DNA of 39,007 bases from Fimbriimonadaceae bacterium (GCA_025451715.1 JANWJY010000140.1:1-39007); one strand, 5' to 3'. Positions 1 to 9,508 are shown, numbered from the stretch's first letter. Numbers and translations: made by a program. Notes: generated by a model from the letters alone, not told the origin.

Positions 1-5
1 TCTTC

Positions 6-500
6 ATGGAGATGATGGGCGGGATGTTCGGAGGCGGCCAGGCCAAGGACTTTACTGAGGAGCCGACTGAGGTGATGCCGAACGGGCTGCCGCTCGACGG
101 CTTCGTATTGCTGGAGCTGGCCAACGAGCCGATCGCGAAGCCCGAGGGCGCGAAGAGCATGATCTTCTTCATGTTCGGCTCGCTCGGCGCGGACGAGTTT
201 GCGATGTTCGAACTGATGAGGGAGTCGAACGCGGACGAAATGGCGGAGGTCGGGGAGATGTTCGCCCTGCCCGACAAGGTCAAGATCGGCTCGCGCGAGA
301 AGATGAACTTTAAGTTCTGGCTCTCGGCCGTCGCCGGGATCTCGAAGACCCTGATCGACGATTCGGTGTCCAAGGATGCGGCTACGGTGTCGATGTCGGA
401 CCTGCCTCCGGCGTTCAAGGCGCTCATCGCGCAGAGGAAGCAGGCGATCAAGGACTCGCCGTTCGGAAAGTTGATCGGAGGGATCGGCCAAAGCCCCTAG
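6..500 (+). CDS. hypothetical protein (frame is open to the window edge, so possibly 5'-truncated)
   Basis: Uninterrupted ORF in the track. No motif I recognise. Ends with TAG at 498-500, immediately followed by a hairpin plus T-tract. Confidence 0.5.
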   Translation: MEMMGGMFGGGQAKDFTEEPTEVMPNGLPLDGFVLLELANEPIAKPEGAKSMIFFMFGSLGADEFAMFELMRESNADEMAEVGEMFALPDKVKIGSREKMNFKFWLSAVAGISKTLIDDSVSKDAATVSMSDLPPAFKALIAQRKQAIKDSPFGKLIGGIGQSP

Positions 501-502
501 AT

Positions 503-524
503 TCCCGTTTAGACGGGATTTTTT
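503..524 (+). terminator. rho-independent terminator
   Basis: TCCCGT (503-508) / ACGGGA (513-518) stem with a 4-nt loop, followed by TTTTTT (519-524). Confidence 0.6.
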
Positions 525-533
525 GCCCTTTTT

Positions 534-1205
534 ATGTGCGCCCGGTACTCGTTCTTCAGCGTGCAGCTCTTCCAGCAGGAGTTCGACCTCGACCCCGAAG
601 GGATCGAGCCGCACTTCAACATCGCCCCGACCGACGTCGCACCCGTGATCGTGCAGGACTCTGACGGGCGACGGGTGGAGCAGATGCAGTGGGGGCTCGT
701 GCCGAGCTGGTCGAAGGACGTGACGATCGGGCAGAAACTGATCAACGCGCGCGCCGAGACGCTCGCGGAAAAGCCGAGCTTTCGCGCCGCGCTCAAGCGG
801 CGGCGCTGCCTCGTTCCCACTGACGGTTTCTTCGAGTGGAAGGGCGAGAAAGGGCACAAGCAGCCGTTCCTTATTCGAATGAAGTCCGGATCGCCCTTTG
901 CGTTTGCCGGGCTGTGGGAGTACTGGGAGGGGGTCGAGGGCGCGCTCGTGACGTACACGATCATCACGACCGAGCCGAACGAACTGCTTGCGACGGTCCA
1001 CACGCGCATGCCAGTGATCATCGCGCGCAGCGACCGCGACGCGTGGCTCGACCACTCTGTGCAATCGAGTGAGCTGGTCTTACCTCTGCTCGCTCCGTAT
1101 TCGGCAGATGAAATGGAGATGTATCCGGTCACGAAGGCGATGTCGAACCCCTCTTATGAGTCGCCGACGATCGTGGAGCCAGTGGCGGCGGAGACGTTAT
1201 TCTGA
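534..1205 (+). CDS. SOS response-associated peptidase (SRAP / YedK / HMCES family)
   Basis: Met-Cys N-terminus (MCARY). Motifs WGLVPSW, INARAETL, LVPTDGFFEW and FAFAGLWE are typical of the SRAP family. Confidence 0.9.
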   Translation: MCARYSFFSVQLFQQEFDLDPEGIEPHFNIAPTDVAPVIVQDSDGRRVEQMQWGLVPSWSKDVTIGQKLINARAETLAEKPSFRAALKRRRCLVPTDGFFEWKGEKGHKQPFLIRMKSGSPFAFAGLWEYWEGVEGALVTYTIITTEPNELLATVHTRMPVIIARSDRDAWLDHSVQSSELVLPLLAPYSADEMEMYPVTKAMSNPSYESPTIVEPVAAETLF

Positions 1206-1223
1206 GTGCAGAGTGCGTAGTGC
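1203..1223. repeat. tandem heptamer array (3 units)
   Basis: TGAGTGC AGAGTGC GTAGTGC. The first unit contains the TGA stop of the SRAP gene. The array lies in the convergent gap before the DprA-like gene stop (1233). Confidence 0.7.
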
Positions 1224-1232
1224 GTTCAATCC

Positions 1233-2111
1233 CTAAACGCTGATCTCCTTGGCACCCAAAGCAGTGAGTGCGTCCTTCTGCGCGGCGAGGGCGCTGACGC
1301 GGACCTGGCGTCCCGCGCGAAGCGCTTGTTTCGCAAGCCTATCCATGTTGCCACCGGCGGCGACGCAAACGAAGTCGAGCTGGTGGGAGAGCGAGGCGCC
1401 CAGGCGGTCTCGGAGCCGGTTGCTGTTGGGGTGGTAGCCGCCCTCCGGGCTGACCCAAGTCACGGCAAGATCGGTCTTGGCGTCGAACTTATACCGCCAG
1501 AGCCTGGCAGCGCGAAACGGTTCTTCGTTCAAGTCTGCGCCGAAAACTTGGAAAAACCCCTGGTCCAAGACGAGCACTCTTGGTGCGCCCCACCGCAACG
1601 GCACGACCGCTGCCCGCTGATATTCGGGGGTGTCGTGTCCGCTCACGAGGACGCGCCCGTCGAGCACGCCTTCTTCCACGGACTTCTCGATCAGCTCAAG
1701 TGCCTCGGGCGGCGACTTTCGCGAGCTCATGACGCAGAAGGTTCGACCGTCGAGCAGCCTTGTGTTGCCGTAGAGGAACAGGACGCCCGGCGGGTCGGTG
1801 TCCATCGCCTCGATGCGGCGCGGGTAGTGCGCGTCGGCGGCGGAGACGATGTCGATGTCGTAGCCGTCGAGGCGTTTGAGCAACGCTTCCGCTTGTTTGA
1901 CCCGTTCCTTTGGGTTGTTCGCCCACTCCCTCGCGGCTTTGACCGTAAACCGATACTCTTCGCGCAGCGCCTCTTCGCCGAGTCGCATGAACTCCTCGAT
2001 CGACCTGCCGAGGAGGTCGTTGCGCGTGAGCACGCGCGTGACGGTGCGCCCTCCGATGCCGGGCGTCAGTGAAAGCGCAACGACGAGCGTCCTTCGCGAG
2101 ACGTTCTTCAT
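1233..2111 (-). CDS. divergent DprA/Smf-like (SLOG-fold) protein
   Basis: N-terminal HhH-like LSLTPGIGGRTVTRVL, then a DprA-like core (VLFLYGN, VLVSGHD, SNRLRDRLGASLS, VAAGGNMDRL) with several canonical DprA residues replaced. Start placed at ATG 2109-2111, which forms an ATGA overlap with the upstream TGA. The 337-aa track ORF has an Arg-rich extension that is unlikely to be real. Confidence 0.65.
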   Translation of the reverse strand: MKNVSRRTLVVALSLTPGIGGRTVTRVLTRNDLLGRSIEEFMRLGEEALREEYRFTVKAAREWANNPKERVKQAEALLKRLDGYDIDIVSAADAHYPRRIEAMDTDPPGVLFLYGNTRLLDGRTFCVMSSRKSPPEALELIEKSVEEGVLDGRVLVSGHDTPEYQRAAVVPLRWGAPRVLVLDQGFFQVFGADLNEEPFRAARLWRYKFDAKTDLAVTWVSPEGGYHPNSNRLRDRLGASLSHQLDFVCVAAGGNMDRLAKQALRAGRQVRVSALAAQKDALTALGAKEISV

Positions 2112-2833
2112 GCGACCCTCCGGGCGGCGTCGAGCAGCGCCTTCACGGCCTTGTCGCCGTGCAGCGACATCGCATCGCCGACCTCGCCGTGCGAAAGCGT
2201 GCTTTCGGAAAGTCCGGACGCAGGGTTTGTCACGACGGCGAGACACGCGTAGGGCACGCCCGCCTCGCGCATCGCGATCGCCTCGTTAGCGGCGGTCATA
2301 CCGACGACATCTGCACCGAACTCGCGCAAGAGCGAGACCTCGAACGGCGTCTCGTACCGCGGTCCATTCATGCACGCGTAGACGCACGGCGACACCGCTC
2401 CGGAAAGAAGCGACGACATGGGGAACGGAGAAGAGAAGTCCGTGTGGCGCACGTCGCGCTGGAACAGTGTGGTTCCGCGCCCGCTCGCGTCAAGGAAGTC
2501 CGTGCACGATGCGAACGTCCCGACGCCCCAATCCGGACGCAGCGATCCGACGGCGGCAGACGACACGCACCCGCGGACGCCAAGACGGCGAAGCCCGTCC
2601 GCGATCGCTTCGTACGAAACGGCGTGCGGCGGCACTCTGTGCCCGATCGCGTGCCTGCGCACGATGACTAGCGACACCCCCTCATAAGTGACAAGCCGAC
2701 CGCGCAACGCCCCGAACGGCGTCGGCACGCAGAGCGCATGTCCGCCGAGCGCGGCCAGGCGCTCACCGATCCCGGTGCCACCGATGAGCGCGACGTCGGC
2801 CTTCAGCACGGGTGCGATGTTACCGTGGGGCAT
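2108..2833 (-). CDS. mtnP: S-methyl-5'-thioadenosine phosphorylase / purine nucleoside phosphorylase (PNP_UDP_1 family)
   Basis: Motifs ALIGGTGIG, MNGPRYETPFE, GADVVGMTAANEA and LAVVTN. Confidence 0.8.
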   Translation of the reverse strand: MPHGNIAPVLKADVALIGGTGIGERLAALGGHALCVPTPFGALRGRLVTYEGVSLVIVRRHAIGHRVPPHAVSYEAIADGLRRLGVRGCVSSAAVGSLRPDWGVGTFASCTDFLDASGRGTTLFQRDVRHTDFSSPFPMSSLLSGAVSPCVYACMNGPRYETPFEVSLLREFGADVVGMTAANEAIAMREAGVPYACLAVVTNPASGLSESTLSHGEVGDAMSLHGDKAVKALLDAARRVA

Positions 2834-2841
2834 ACTTGGCC

Positions 2842-4224
2842 ATGCACCGCAGCATCGCCTTCGACGGCGCAGCGCGCACCGTCACGGGCTCGAGGCACCT
2901 GCTCTCCATCGGTGGACACAAGGTCCTCATCGACTGCGGCCTGTTCCAAGGGCCGCGCGAGATCCGCGAGCGCAACTGGGAGCCGTTCCCGTTCAACGTG
3001 GACGAGATCGAGATGCTGCTGCTGACGCACGCGCACACCGACCACGTCGGGCTGTTGCCGCGGTTGGTGAAGCAAGGCTTCAACAAGCCGGTGTACGCGA
3101 CTTCGGGCACGATCGGACTGGCCAACGTCGCGCTTCCGGACGGCGGGCGGCTACAGGAAGAGGACGCGCGGTACCACAACAGGCACCAGACAACTCGCCA
3201 CGAACCGGCGCTCCCGCTGTTCACCGAGAACGACGCGTACGACGCGCTGAAGCTGATGAAGCCGGTGCACTACCACCAGCCGTTGAAGCTCCCCGGTGGG
3301 GCGACGGCGCGGTACCTCCCGGCGGGCCACATCCTCGGCGCGTCGCACATCGAGGTCACTTTGGAAGACGGCGAGATCGTCGTGTTCTCCGGCGACGTTG
3401 GGCGCTACGACCGCCCGATCCTGAAGGACCCAAGCGACATCTTTACGGCAGACTATCTGGTCGTGGAGAGCACATACGGTGACCTTCAACACTCAAAGGA
3501 GGACACGGAGCGAAAACTCGCGGACCTTATCAACGAGGCGTCGAGGAACAAGAGCGTGATCCTCGTACCAAGCTTTGCGATCGGGCGCACGCAAGAGCTG
3601 CTTTGGTACATCCACCTCTTGATCGAGGGGAACAAGATCCCGCGCATTCCGATCTACGTCGACAGCCCGATGGCGAACGCGACCACGCTGCTCTACACCA
3701 ACCACACTGAGGACCACGACACTGAAATGAGGATCAGCCTCGCGAAAGGCGAGTCTCCGCTGAATCCTGAGCTCGTACGGCTCGTGCAGGATAGGAACAT
3801 GTCGAAGGCGCTCAATTTGGCCGACGGCCCGATGATGATCATCGCGGGCAGCGGAATGGTGAACGGGGGGCGTATCGTCCACCACCTTAAGCAGCGGCTG
3901 GGCGATCCGAGCACGGTCGTGCTCTTCACTGGGTATCAGGCGGAGGGGACGCGCGGACGCGACATGATCGAGGGCGCGGAGAGCGTGAACATCCTGGGAG
4001 ACGAGGTTCCAGTGCGGGCCCGGATCGAGAAACTGAATTCGCTCTCTGCGCACGCAGACTCGGAAGAGCTGATGCGCTGGATGTCGCACTTGAACTCCGC
4101 GCCGAAGCGCGTGTTCCTCGTGCACGGCGACTACGAGGTCCAAAAGGAGTTCCGGCTGAAGATCATCGAGCGGTACGGTTGGGAGGTCGACATCCCCGCG
4201 CCGGGTGATGTGTTTGAATTTTGA
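2842..4224 (+). CDS. MBL-fold metallo-hydrolase with beta-CASP / RNA-specificity domain (RNase J/CPSF-like)
   Basis: HxHxDH motif in LLLTHAHTDHVG. Also ESTYGD, SAHAD and VFLVHGD. Start taken at ATG 2842 (MHRSIAFDGAAR...). Confidence 0.85.
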   Translation: MHRSIAFDGAARTVTGSRHLLSIGGHKVLIDCGLFQGPREIRERNWEPFPFNVDEIEMLLLTHAHTDHVGLLPRLVKQGFNKPVYATSGTIGLANVALPDGGRLQEEDARYHNRHQTTRHEPALPLFTENDAYDALKLMKPVHYHQPLKLPGGATARYLPAGHILGASHIEVTLEDGEIVVFSGDVGRYDRPILKDPSDIFTADYLVVESTYGDLQHSKEDTERKLADLINEASRNKSVILVPSFAIGRTQELLWYIHLLIEGNKIPRIPIYVDSPMANATTLLYTNHTEDHDTEMRISLAKGESPLNPELVRLVQDRNMSKALNLADGPMMIIAGSGMVNGGRIVHHLKQRLGDPSTVVLFTGYQAEGTRGRDMIEGAESVNILGDEVPVRARIEKLNSLSAHADSEELMRWMSHLNSAPKRVFLVHGDYEVQKEFRLKIIERYGWEVDIPAPGDVFEF

Positions 4225-4270
4225 GAGCTGAGAGCTGAGGGCAGAGAGCAGAGTGCATAGTGCAGAGTGC
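4222..4270. repeat. tandem heptamer array (7 units)
   Basis: TGAGAGC TGAGAGC TGAGGGC AGAGAGC AGAGTGC ATAGTGC AGAGTGC. The first unit is the TGA stop of the beta-CASP gene. The array ends 11 nt before the convergent GH127 stop. Confidence 0.85.
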
Positions 4271-4280
4271 GGCACGAGCT

Positions 4281-6164
4281 CTAATTGCCTTTTCTTACCC
4301 AGACGAGCATCGCGTTCGGCCCGCGGTTTGCCCAGGTGAAGTAGGGGACGAAGCGCGCAGTCCTTGCGACAGTCGACGAACGGTCGTACGGCCCGTAAAG
4401 CTCACTTCCGGCGACAGTGTCAAGAGTTCCTTGCGCATCGAGTAGAACCGTGCCGAACCCGGTGCTCGAACGTACGACACCGACAGGCGAAGTGACGTGC
4501 GCCGACCAGAGCTGAGGTGCGGCGCCAAGGTCGTGCTGCTCCAGGCAATAGACCAGCGGCCCGCGCTGCAGCGCGGTGCGGCCCGCGCACGACTGGACGG
4601 AAGGGTGTGCCGCGGACCACTTCGCGTCCATCGGACAGGAGACGGTGATTAGGTCTCCTTGCCGCCACTCTCGATCGATCACGATGAATCCCTTTTCGAC
4701 CCGTGACTCGACATTGACGCCGTTCACGGTTGCCGCGAACGACCCTGCCCAGTCGGGGCGTCGAAGCGCGACGCGCTTTAGCCCATCGCACCGGGCTATT
4801 CTGAGCGAGAAGTCGCCCGTCCATGGGTAGTCGCCTTCGATCGCGACCTCTGCCGCTTTTGAGCTGTAGCGACCGCTGATCGGGATGGCAACGTAAAGCG
4901 TTCCTTCATCCGAAGCAACAGCGTATTGACCGATAGACATGACAAGCCGTGCGATGTTCGGCGGGCAGCAAGCGCAAGTGAACCACGGCTGTCGCTCGTG
5001 GCGGCCGTCGCTCTCGAGCGGGTTGTCGTAGAAGTAGCGATCGCACGACTCCGAGACACCGCTCAGCACGGCATTGTACAGCGCCCGCTCCAAAACGTCG
5101 ATGAACTTGCCTTCACCAGATACGAGGAACATTCGCCACGCCCAGTACACGAGCCCGATGCCTGCGCAAGTCTCCGCATACGCGTCAATGTTCGGCAGGT
5201 CGTAGTCGTCCGTAAAGCCTTCGTTGCGCCCTGACGATCCGATCCCGCCTGTGACGTACATCTGTTTTGACACCAGGCCATCCCAAATCGTGTGCAGGGC
5301 CGTCATCGTCGGCTCATCGTCTGCAAGCGTGTCGACGGCGCCGCTATAGAAGTACATCGCTCGCACGGCGTGGCCGACTGCGCGGGTCTGCCGAGCGAGG
5401 GGCATGTCGTCCTGCGCGTACGCGCCATCGTATACGCCGTCCTTGATGTAAAGCGGCTTGACGCCTGGCGTCAGAGCGACGACCGCGGGGTCTTGAAGCT
5501 CGGCTTCAAAGCGACTAGGTCGCGTTCCGCGAGACTGGACCTGCCAGCGCGCGTAGTCCCCGTACTTCTCCTCGCCCGTTACGTCGGAAAGTCGCACGAG
5601 TGCGAGCTCCAGCTCTTGGTGGTCGCCGCAGGCCGGCGGGCCGGAAGCAGGGAACTGCGCCATGATGTGGTCTGCGCACCGCTTGGCTACGTCGAGCAAC
5701 CGCGACTTGCTAGTTGCCTCGAAGTGCGAGACCGCGGCTTCGATCAGGTGCCCCATGCAGTACATCTCGTGCAGCGCGCTCAGGCTCTTCCATCGCATCT
5801 CGGGGCAAGACAGCTGGACGAAGGAGTTGATGTACCCGTCGGCTTGTTGCGAGGCGGAGATCAGGTCGATCGCCTCGCTGACCATGGCCTCTAGACCGTT
5901 TGCCAACCCGATCGAGATCGCGTACGATGTCGCCTCGAGCAGTTTGTAGACGTCGCTGTCGTTGAAGCGCAGACCTTGAAACCCGCCGTTTTCGCGCCTC
6001 GCGCACCGGCGCAGGTTCTCGAGGCGGCTCGTATCTTGGCACTGCTTCCACTGGTGTACGAGGCCCGTGCTCGACATTTGGCACTGCCAAGCGGACCAAA
6101 AGGAGTCGGTCAGCGTCGTCGACTTGAGCGGCAGACTCCTCAACCTGGCAGACATGCGAGCCAT
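4281..6164 (-). CDS. glycoside hydrolase family 127 (DUF1680, beta-L-arabinofuranosidase-like)
   Basis: Family-typical N-terminus (LPLKSTTLTDSFW) and the Cys cluster WFTCACCPPNIARL. Start is uncertain: ATG candidates at 6206, 6164 and 6155, while the track ORF begins at a TTG at 6218. Confidence 0.8.
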   Translation of the reverse strand: MARMSARLRSLPLKSTTLTDSFWSAWQCQMSSTGLVHQWKQCQDTSRLENLRRCARRENGGFQGLRFNDSDVYKLLEATSYAISIGLANGLEAMVSEAIDLISASQQADGYINSFVQLSCPEMRWKSLSALHEMYCMGHLIEAAVSHFEATSKSRLLDVAKRCADHIMAQFPASGPPACGDHQELELALVRLSDVTGEEKYGDYARWQVQSRGTRPSRFEAELQDPAVVALTPGVKPLYIKDGVYDGAYAQDDMPLARQTRAVGHAVRAMYFYSGAVDTLADDEPTMTALHTIWDGLVSKQMYVTGGIGSSGRNEGFTDDYDLPNIDAYAETCAGIGLVYWAWRMFLVSGEGKFIDVLERALYNAVLSGVSESCDRYFYDNPLESDGRHERQPWFTCACCPPNIARLVMSIGQYAVASDEGTLYVAIPISGRYSSKAAEVAIEGDYPWTGDFSLRIARCDGLKRVALRRPDWAGSFAATVNGVNVESRVEKGFIVIDREWRQGDLITVSCPMDAKWSAAHPSVQSCAGRTALQRGPLVYCLEQHDLGAAPQLWSAHVTSPVGVVRSSTGFGTVLLDAQGTLDTVAGSELYGPYDRSSTVARTARFVPYFTWANRGPNAMLVWVRKGN

Positions 6165-6254
6165 TCTGACCCATACTTGCGGGAACCTTGGAGCCCTTGC
6201 CGACATTATCAAGGTCAACCATAGTTGTGTCTGTGGCAGGATGGGTCTTTCTCT

Positions 6255-6782
6255 ATGCGCACGCCCAATCGTGCTCGAGAGTTCGAGCGGACGGTGAAGG
6301 GCGAGCTTGCGGTTCTTTATCGCGTGGCTCGCCGCATGGGCGTGTCCGCCGAGCAGGCCGAGGACCTGGTCCAGATCACGCTCGTCAAGGCGTTCCAGGC
6401 CTGGGACAGCTTCGACGGCCGGTACCTACGGAGCTGGCTGATCCGGATCCTGCGAAACGAGCGGCTGATGGCCCTACGGTCAGAGCACTCGGAGTCCTCG
6501 ATCGAGGACACGCCGGACGCCGAACTTTGCGACGGGCCCTTTTGGGACGAAGTAAGCTGGAAGCTTGAGGCTGAGCGGGTTCTAGTGGAACTAGATCGCC
6601 TGCCGGACATTTACCAATTGGCGATCCAGCTCATTGACGTGGAACAGCTTACATACGAAGAGGCGGCCCGGGTCTTGGAGGTCCCGATCGGGACGGTGAG
6701 GTCACGGCTCTTCAGAGGGCGAGAAATGCTCCGGAACCGGTTGCAAGGGACATCCGGCACGCTTGAGCAGGTGCATTCATGA
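6255..6782 (+). CDS. ECF (sigma-70 family) RNA polymerase sigma factor
   Basis: Region 2 (DLVQITLVKAFQAW, SWLIRILRNE) and region 4 (LTYEEAARVLEVPIGTVRSRLFRGREML). First in-frame ATG is at 6255. Confidence 0.85.
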   Translation: MRTPNRAREFERTVKGELAVLYRVARRMGVSAEQAEDLVQITLVKAFQAWDSFDGRYLRSWLIRILRNERLMALRSEHSESSIEDTPDAELCDGPFWDEVSWKLEAERVLVELDRLPDIYQLAIQLIDVEQLTYEEAARVLEVPIGTVRSRLFRGREMLRNRLQGTSGTLEQVHS

Positions 6783-7468
6783 GGATCGATTGGCAGATGT
6801 ATGAAGACGGCCAGCTCGGGCCCGAGGAAATGAGAGAGGCGGATGACGCCTTGCGCTTCGACTCCGGAGCGCGCAAAGAGCTCGAGGGCTTGCGCTCGTT
6901 CCGAAAGTCCGTGCGCGAGGCGGCGCTGCGCGAGCGGGTTCCGCAGAGGAGCCTTGAGCGCCGGCTCGACATGGTCGTCGGCCAGACGGCGCGTCCGTCG
7001 GGGCGAGTGCGCCTAGCGTACGGTGCAGCCGCGGTGTGTGCGCTCACATTCGCGTTTTTGGCCCTGAACAGGTTCGTACTAACGGACGACACAGTCGAGG
7101 TTCGAGAGCAATTTGACGATGTGGGTGCGGCCGCGGACTGGGCTTCTGATCGAAGCCACATCGAGATTCCGGATATTCAGAAGCTCGCGGTAGGACAGTT
7201 CGGCTCAGTGCACGCTGCGAGCGGCTGGGCGTGCTTCGACTACGCGGTCGACGGCGAGACGGTCCACGTTTTGGTCTCGCAAGGCGTGGCCAGGAAAACG
7301 GGCTGCCACAGCGTTTCGACGAAGGCGGGCGTAGTCTATGTCCAGGTGGGCTCTTCCAACGTACGGCTCAACCTTAGAGGGCTGCTGTTCGTTGTGATGG
7401 GAACGAACTTGGACAGGAACATTTCGGTCGCGGAGTCGCTAGGCGCCCAACTCGGACCCATCGGTTAA
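6779..7468 (+). CDS. anti-sigma factor (single-pass membrane protein)
   Basis: ATGA overlap with the sigma gene stop. Short N-terminal cytoplasmic domain, then a hydrophobic segment AAAVCALTFAFLAL. Confidence 0.6.
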   Translation: MRIDWQMYEDGQLGPEEMREADDALRFDSGARKELEGLRSFRKSVREAALRERVPQRSLERRLDMVVGQTARPSGRVRLAYGAAAVCALTFAFLALNRFVLTDDTVEVREQFDDVGAAADWASDRSHIEIPDIQKLAVGQFGSVHAASGWACFDYAVDGETVHVLVSQGVARKTGCHSVSTKAGVVYVQVGSSNVRLNLRGLLFVVMGTNLDRNISVAESLGAQLGPIG

Positions 7469-8586
7469 CTGAGCGTTACCGGCGCGCCCGATTCAAGCGA
7501 CTGCACGATCGCGTGCATCACCCTCACGGTCCCGACCCCTTCTTCCAGGTCTGGGTGGTTCGGTGTATCGTCCGTGATCGCGGCCGCAAAAGAGTCGATG
7601 ACGTTACAGAACTCGCCGTAGTGCATTCCCTCGAGCTCGTGGCGGAAGTAGTAGCCCGCCATCGAGTGGGTCCAGTCCTCATCGATCTCAGTGCCGTCCT
7701 TTTTGGTGTATGTGAGCCGTAGGTCTGGGTAGCGCGCGAGCGCAGAGCCCGCCGATCCCTGGAGGTGGCACTCGACGAGTGATCTGCCCTTTGGTAGCTC
7801 GTGGATGCCGTAGTTGCCGAACGCGCGACCGATGCGACCGTCGCTTGAAACGAGCGTCGCTGCGATGACGTCGGGGGAATTCAAGTCGTGCGCCTTGCCG
7901 AGCGCCGTGATCGATCCGTAGGCGTGCACCTCTTTGATCTCTCCGAGGTACTGCCGCACGAGGTCGACCGGGTGGCTGAGTCCGAGGTACGCCCAGTGCG
8001 TCTCGCTCATCGACCATGGGCTCTTCTTGTAGAACCAGTCCATGCGGTGCGTGTACTGGGCGTCGACGACCTCGGCTTTTCCGAACATGCCTTGATCGAA
8101 AAGCTCGCGCATGCGAAGGAACGGCTCATAGAAACGCGTCGACTGTGCGACCTGCAATCGCATTCCTGTCTTCTTGGCCGTTCTCAGGAGTCTGTCTGCT
8201 TCCGACACTTCATTGAGCAGAGGTTTGGTGCACACAACGTGTTTGCCGGCCCTGAACGCCTCTTCGATCTGTTCTGCGTGCAGGCTGTCCGGCGTGTAGA
8301 TCGCGACGATCTGCACGTCTTTGCGCGCGAGCATCTCGTCGTAGTCGGACGTGGTCCAGAGTCCGGGGCAGACCTCCTCGGCGGCCCTACGCTTGTCCTC
8401 CTCGAGGTCGCATCCAGCGACGGCGCGACAGAGCCCTGAGGCGCGCAAGGCGACCAGCATCGTGTGGCCCTCGTGCAGGCCGACGACACCCACTCCAAAC
8501 TTTTCGGCGTCTGGGACGAACCCCCAATCGCGGCGACGGCCGACGGTCGGATCGCCTGTCGGAAGGAGGTCAGGGTGGAGACTCAC
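7465..8586 (-). CDS. Gfo/Idh/MocA family oxidoreductase
   Basis: N-terminal Rossmann region GVGVVGLHEGH ... VQIVAIYTPDSLHAEQIEEAFRAGKHVVCTKPL. GTG start. Its TAA stop shares the palindrome TTAA (7465-7468) with the convergent anti-sigma stop. Confidence 0.8.
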   Translation of the reverse strand: MSLHPDLLPTGDPTVGRRRDWGFVPDAEKFGVGVVGLHEGHTMLVALRASGLCRAVAGCDLEEDKRRAAEEVCPGLWTTSDYDEMLARKDVQIVAIYTPDSLHAEQIEEAFRAGKHVVCTKPLLNEVSEADRLLRTAKKTGMRLQVAQSTRFYEPFLRMRELFDQGMFGKAEVVDAQYTHRMDWFYKKSPWSMSETHWAYLGLSHPVDLVRQYLGEIKEVHAYGSITALGKAHDLNSPDVIAATLVSSDGRIGRAFGNYGIHELPKGRSLVECHLQGSAGSALARYPDLRLTYTKKDGTEIDEDWTHSMAGYYFRHELEGMHYGEFCNVIDSFAAAITDDTPNHPDLEEGVGTVRVMHAIVQSLESGAPVTLS

Positions 8587-8634
8587 GAGGCGAGATTACC
8601 GGCATCGGCTGTCTCCGGTAGCCAATCTACCGGA

Positions 8635-9465
8635 CTACCCGAACCGGCCCGAGATGTAGTCCTCGGTGGCGCGCATCTTCGGCCGCAGGAAGATGTCCTC
8701 GGTCTTGTCGAACTCGATGATCTCGCCCATCATGAAGAACGCGGTGTTGTCGCTCGCCCTTTGCGCCTGCTGCATGTTGTGGGTCACGATCACGATCGTG
8801 AACTGTTGCTTGAGCTCATCGATCAGGTCCTCGATGCGCGCAGTGGCGACAGGGTCAAGAGCGGAGCAGGGCTCGTCCATCAAGATGATCTTCGGGTCTA
8901 CCGCGATTGTACGCGCGATGCACAGCCGCTGTTGCTGGCCGCCGGAGAGGCCAAACGCGCTCTGGTCGAGCTTGTCCTTGACCTCGTCCCACAGGTATGC
9001 CTTCGTCAGACAGTTCTCGACGGTCTCCTCCAGGTCGCTCCTTTTTCGCATCCCGTGGATCTTCGGCCCGTACGCGACGTTCTCAAAGATCGACATGGGG
9101 AACGGGTTCGCCTTCTGGAACACCATCCCCACAGCCTTGCGAAGTTCGACCGGGTCGACGCTCGATGAGTACACGTCGACTCCGTCGATCAGCACTTTGC
9201 CCATGAGGTGCGTGTCCTCGATCAGGTCGTTCATGCGGTTGAGGCACCGAAGGAAAGTGGACTTGCCGCAGCCGGAGGGTCCGATGAGTGCAGTGACTTG
9301 ATTTGGAGCGACGTCGAGGGTGACGTTCTTGAGCGCCTGGAAACTTCCGTAGAAGAAGTCCAGATTGATCGCCTGGATTTTCGGCTCGACCGCCGGCTCA
9401 GCGACCATAGGCGTCTGAACCGGGGGCGTAGTCGAGGCAGCGGGTTCCATCACGACGACGGCCAT
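8635..9465 (-). CDS. pstB: phosphate ABC transporter ATP-binding protein PstB
   Basis: Motifs [47 protein letters not shown] and [12 protein letters not shown]. An alternative start at ATG 9408 ([16 protein letters not shown]) matches the usual PstB N-terminal length better. Confidence 0.9.
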   Translation of the reverse strand: MAVVVMEPAASTTPPVQTPMVAEPAVEPKIQAINLDFFYGSFQALKNVTLDVAPNQVTALIGPSGCGKSTFLRCLNRMNDLIEDTHLMGKVLIDGVDVYSSSVDPVELRKAVGMVFQKANPFPMSIFENVAYGPKIHGMRKRSDLEETVENCLTKAYLWDEVKDKLDQSAFGLSGGQQQRLCIARTIAVDPKIILMDEPCSALDPVATARIEDLIDELKQQFTIVIVTHNMQQAQRASDNTAFFMMGEIIEFDKTEDIFLRPKMRATEDYISGRFG

Positions 9466-9491
9466 CTCGCAGTTAGATTCTTGGTGAGGAT

Positions 9492-9508
9492 TGTTAACGC
9501 CATGTTAA
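9492..9508 (-). promoter_or_regulatory. PhoP/PhoB-type direct repeat (Pho-box-like)
   Basis: The minus strand reads TTAACA-TGGCG-TTAACA (6-nt direct repeat, 11-bp period) upstream of pstB. It overlaps the aroC stop codon. Confidence 0.4.
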
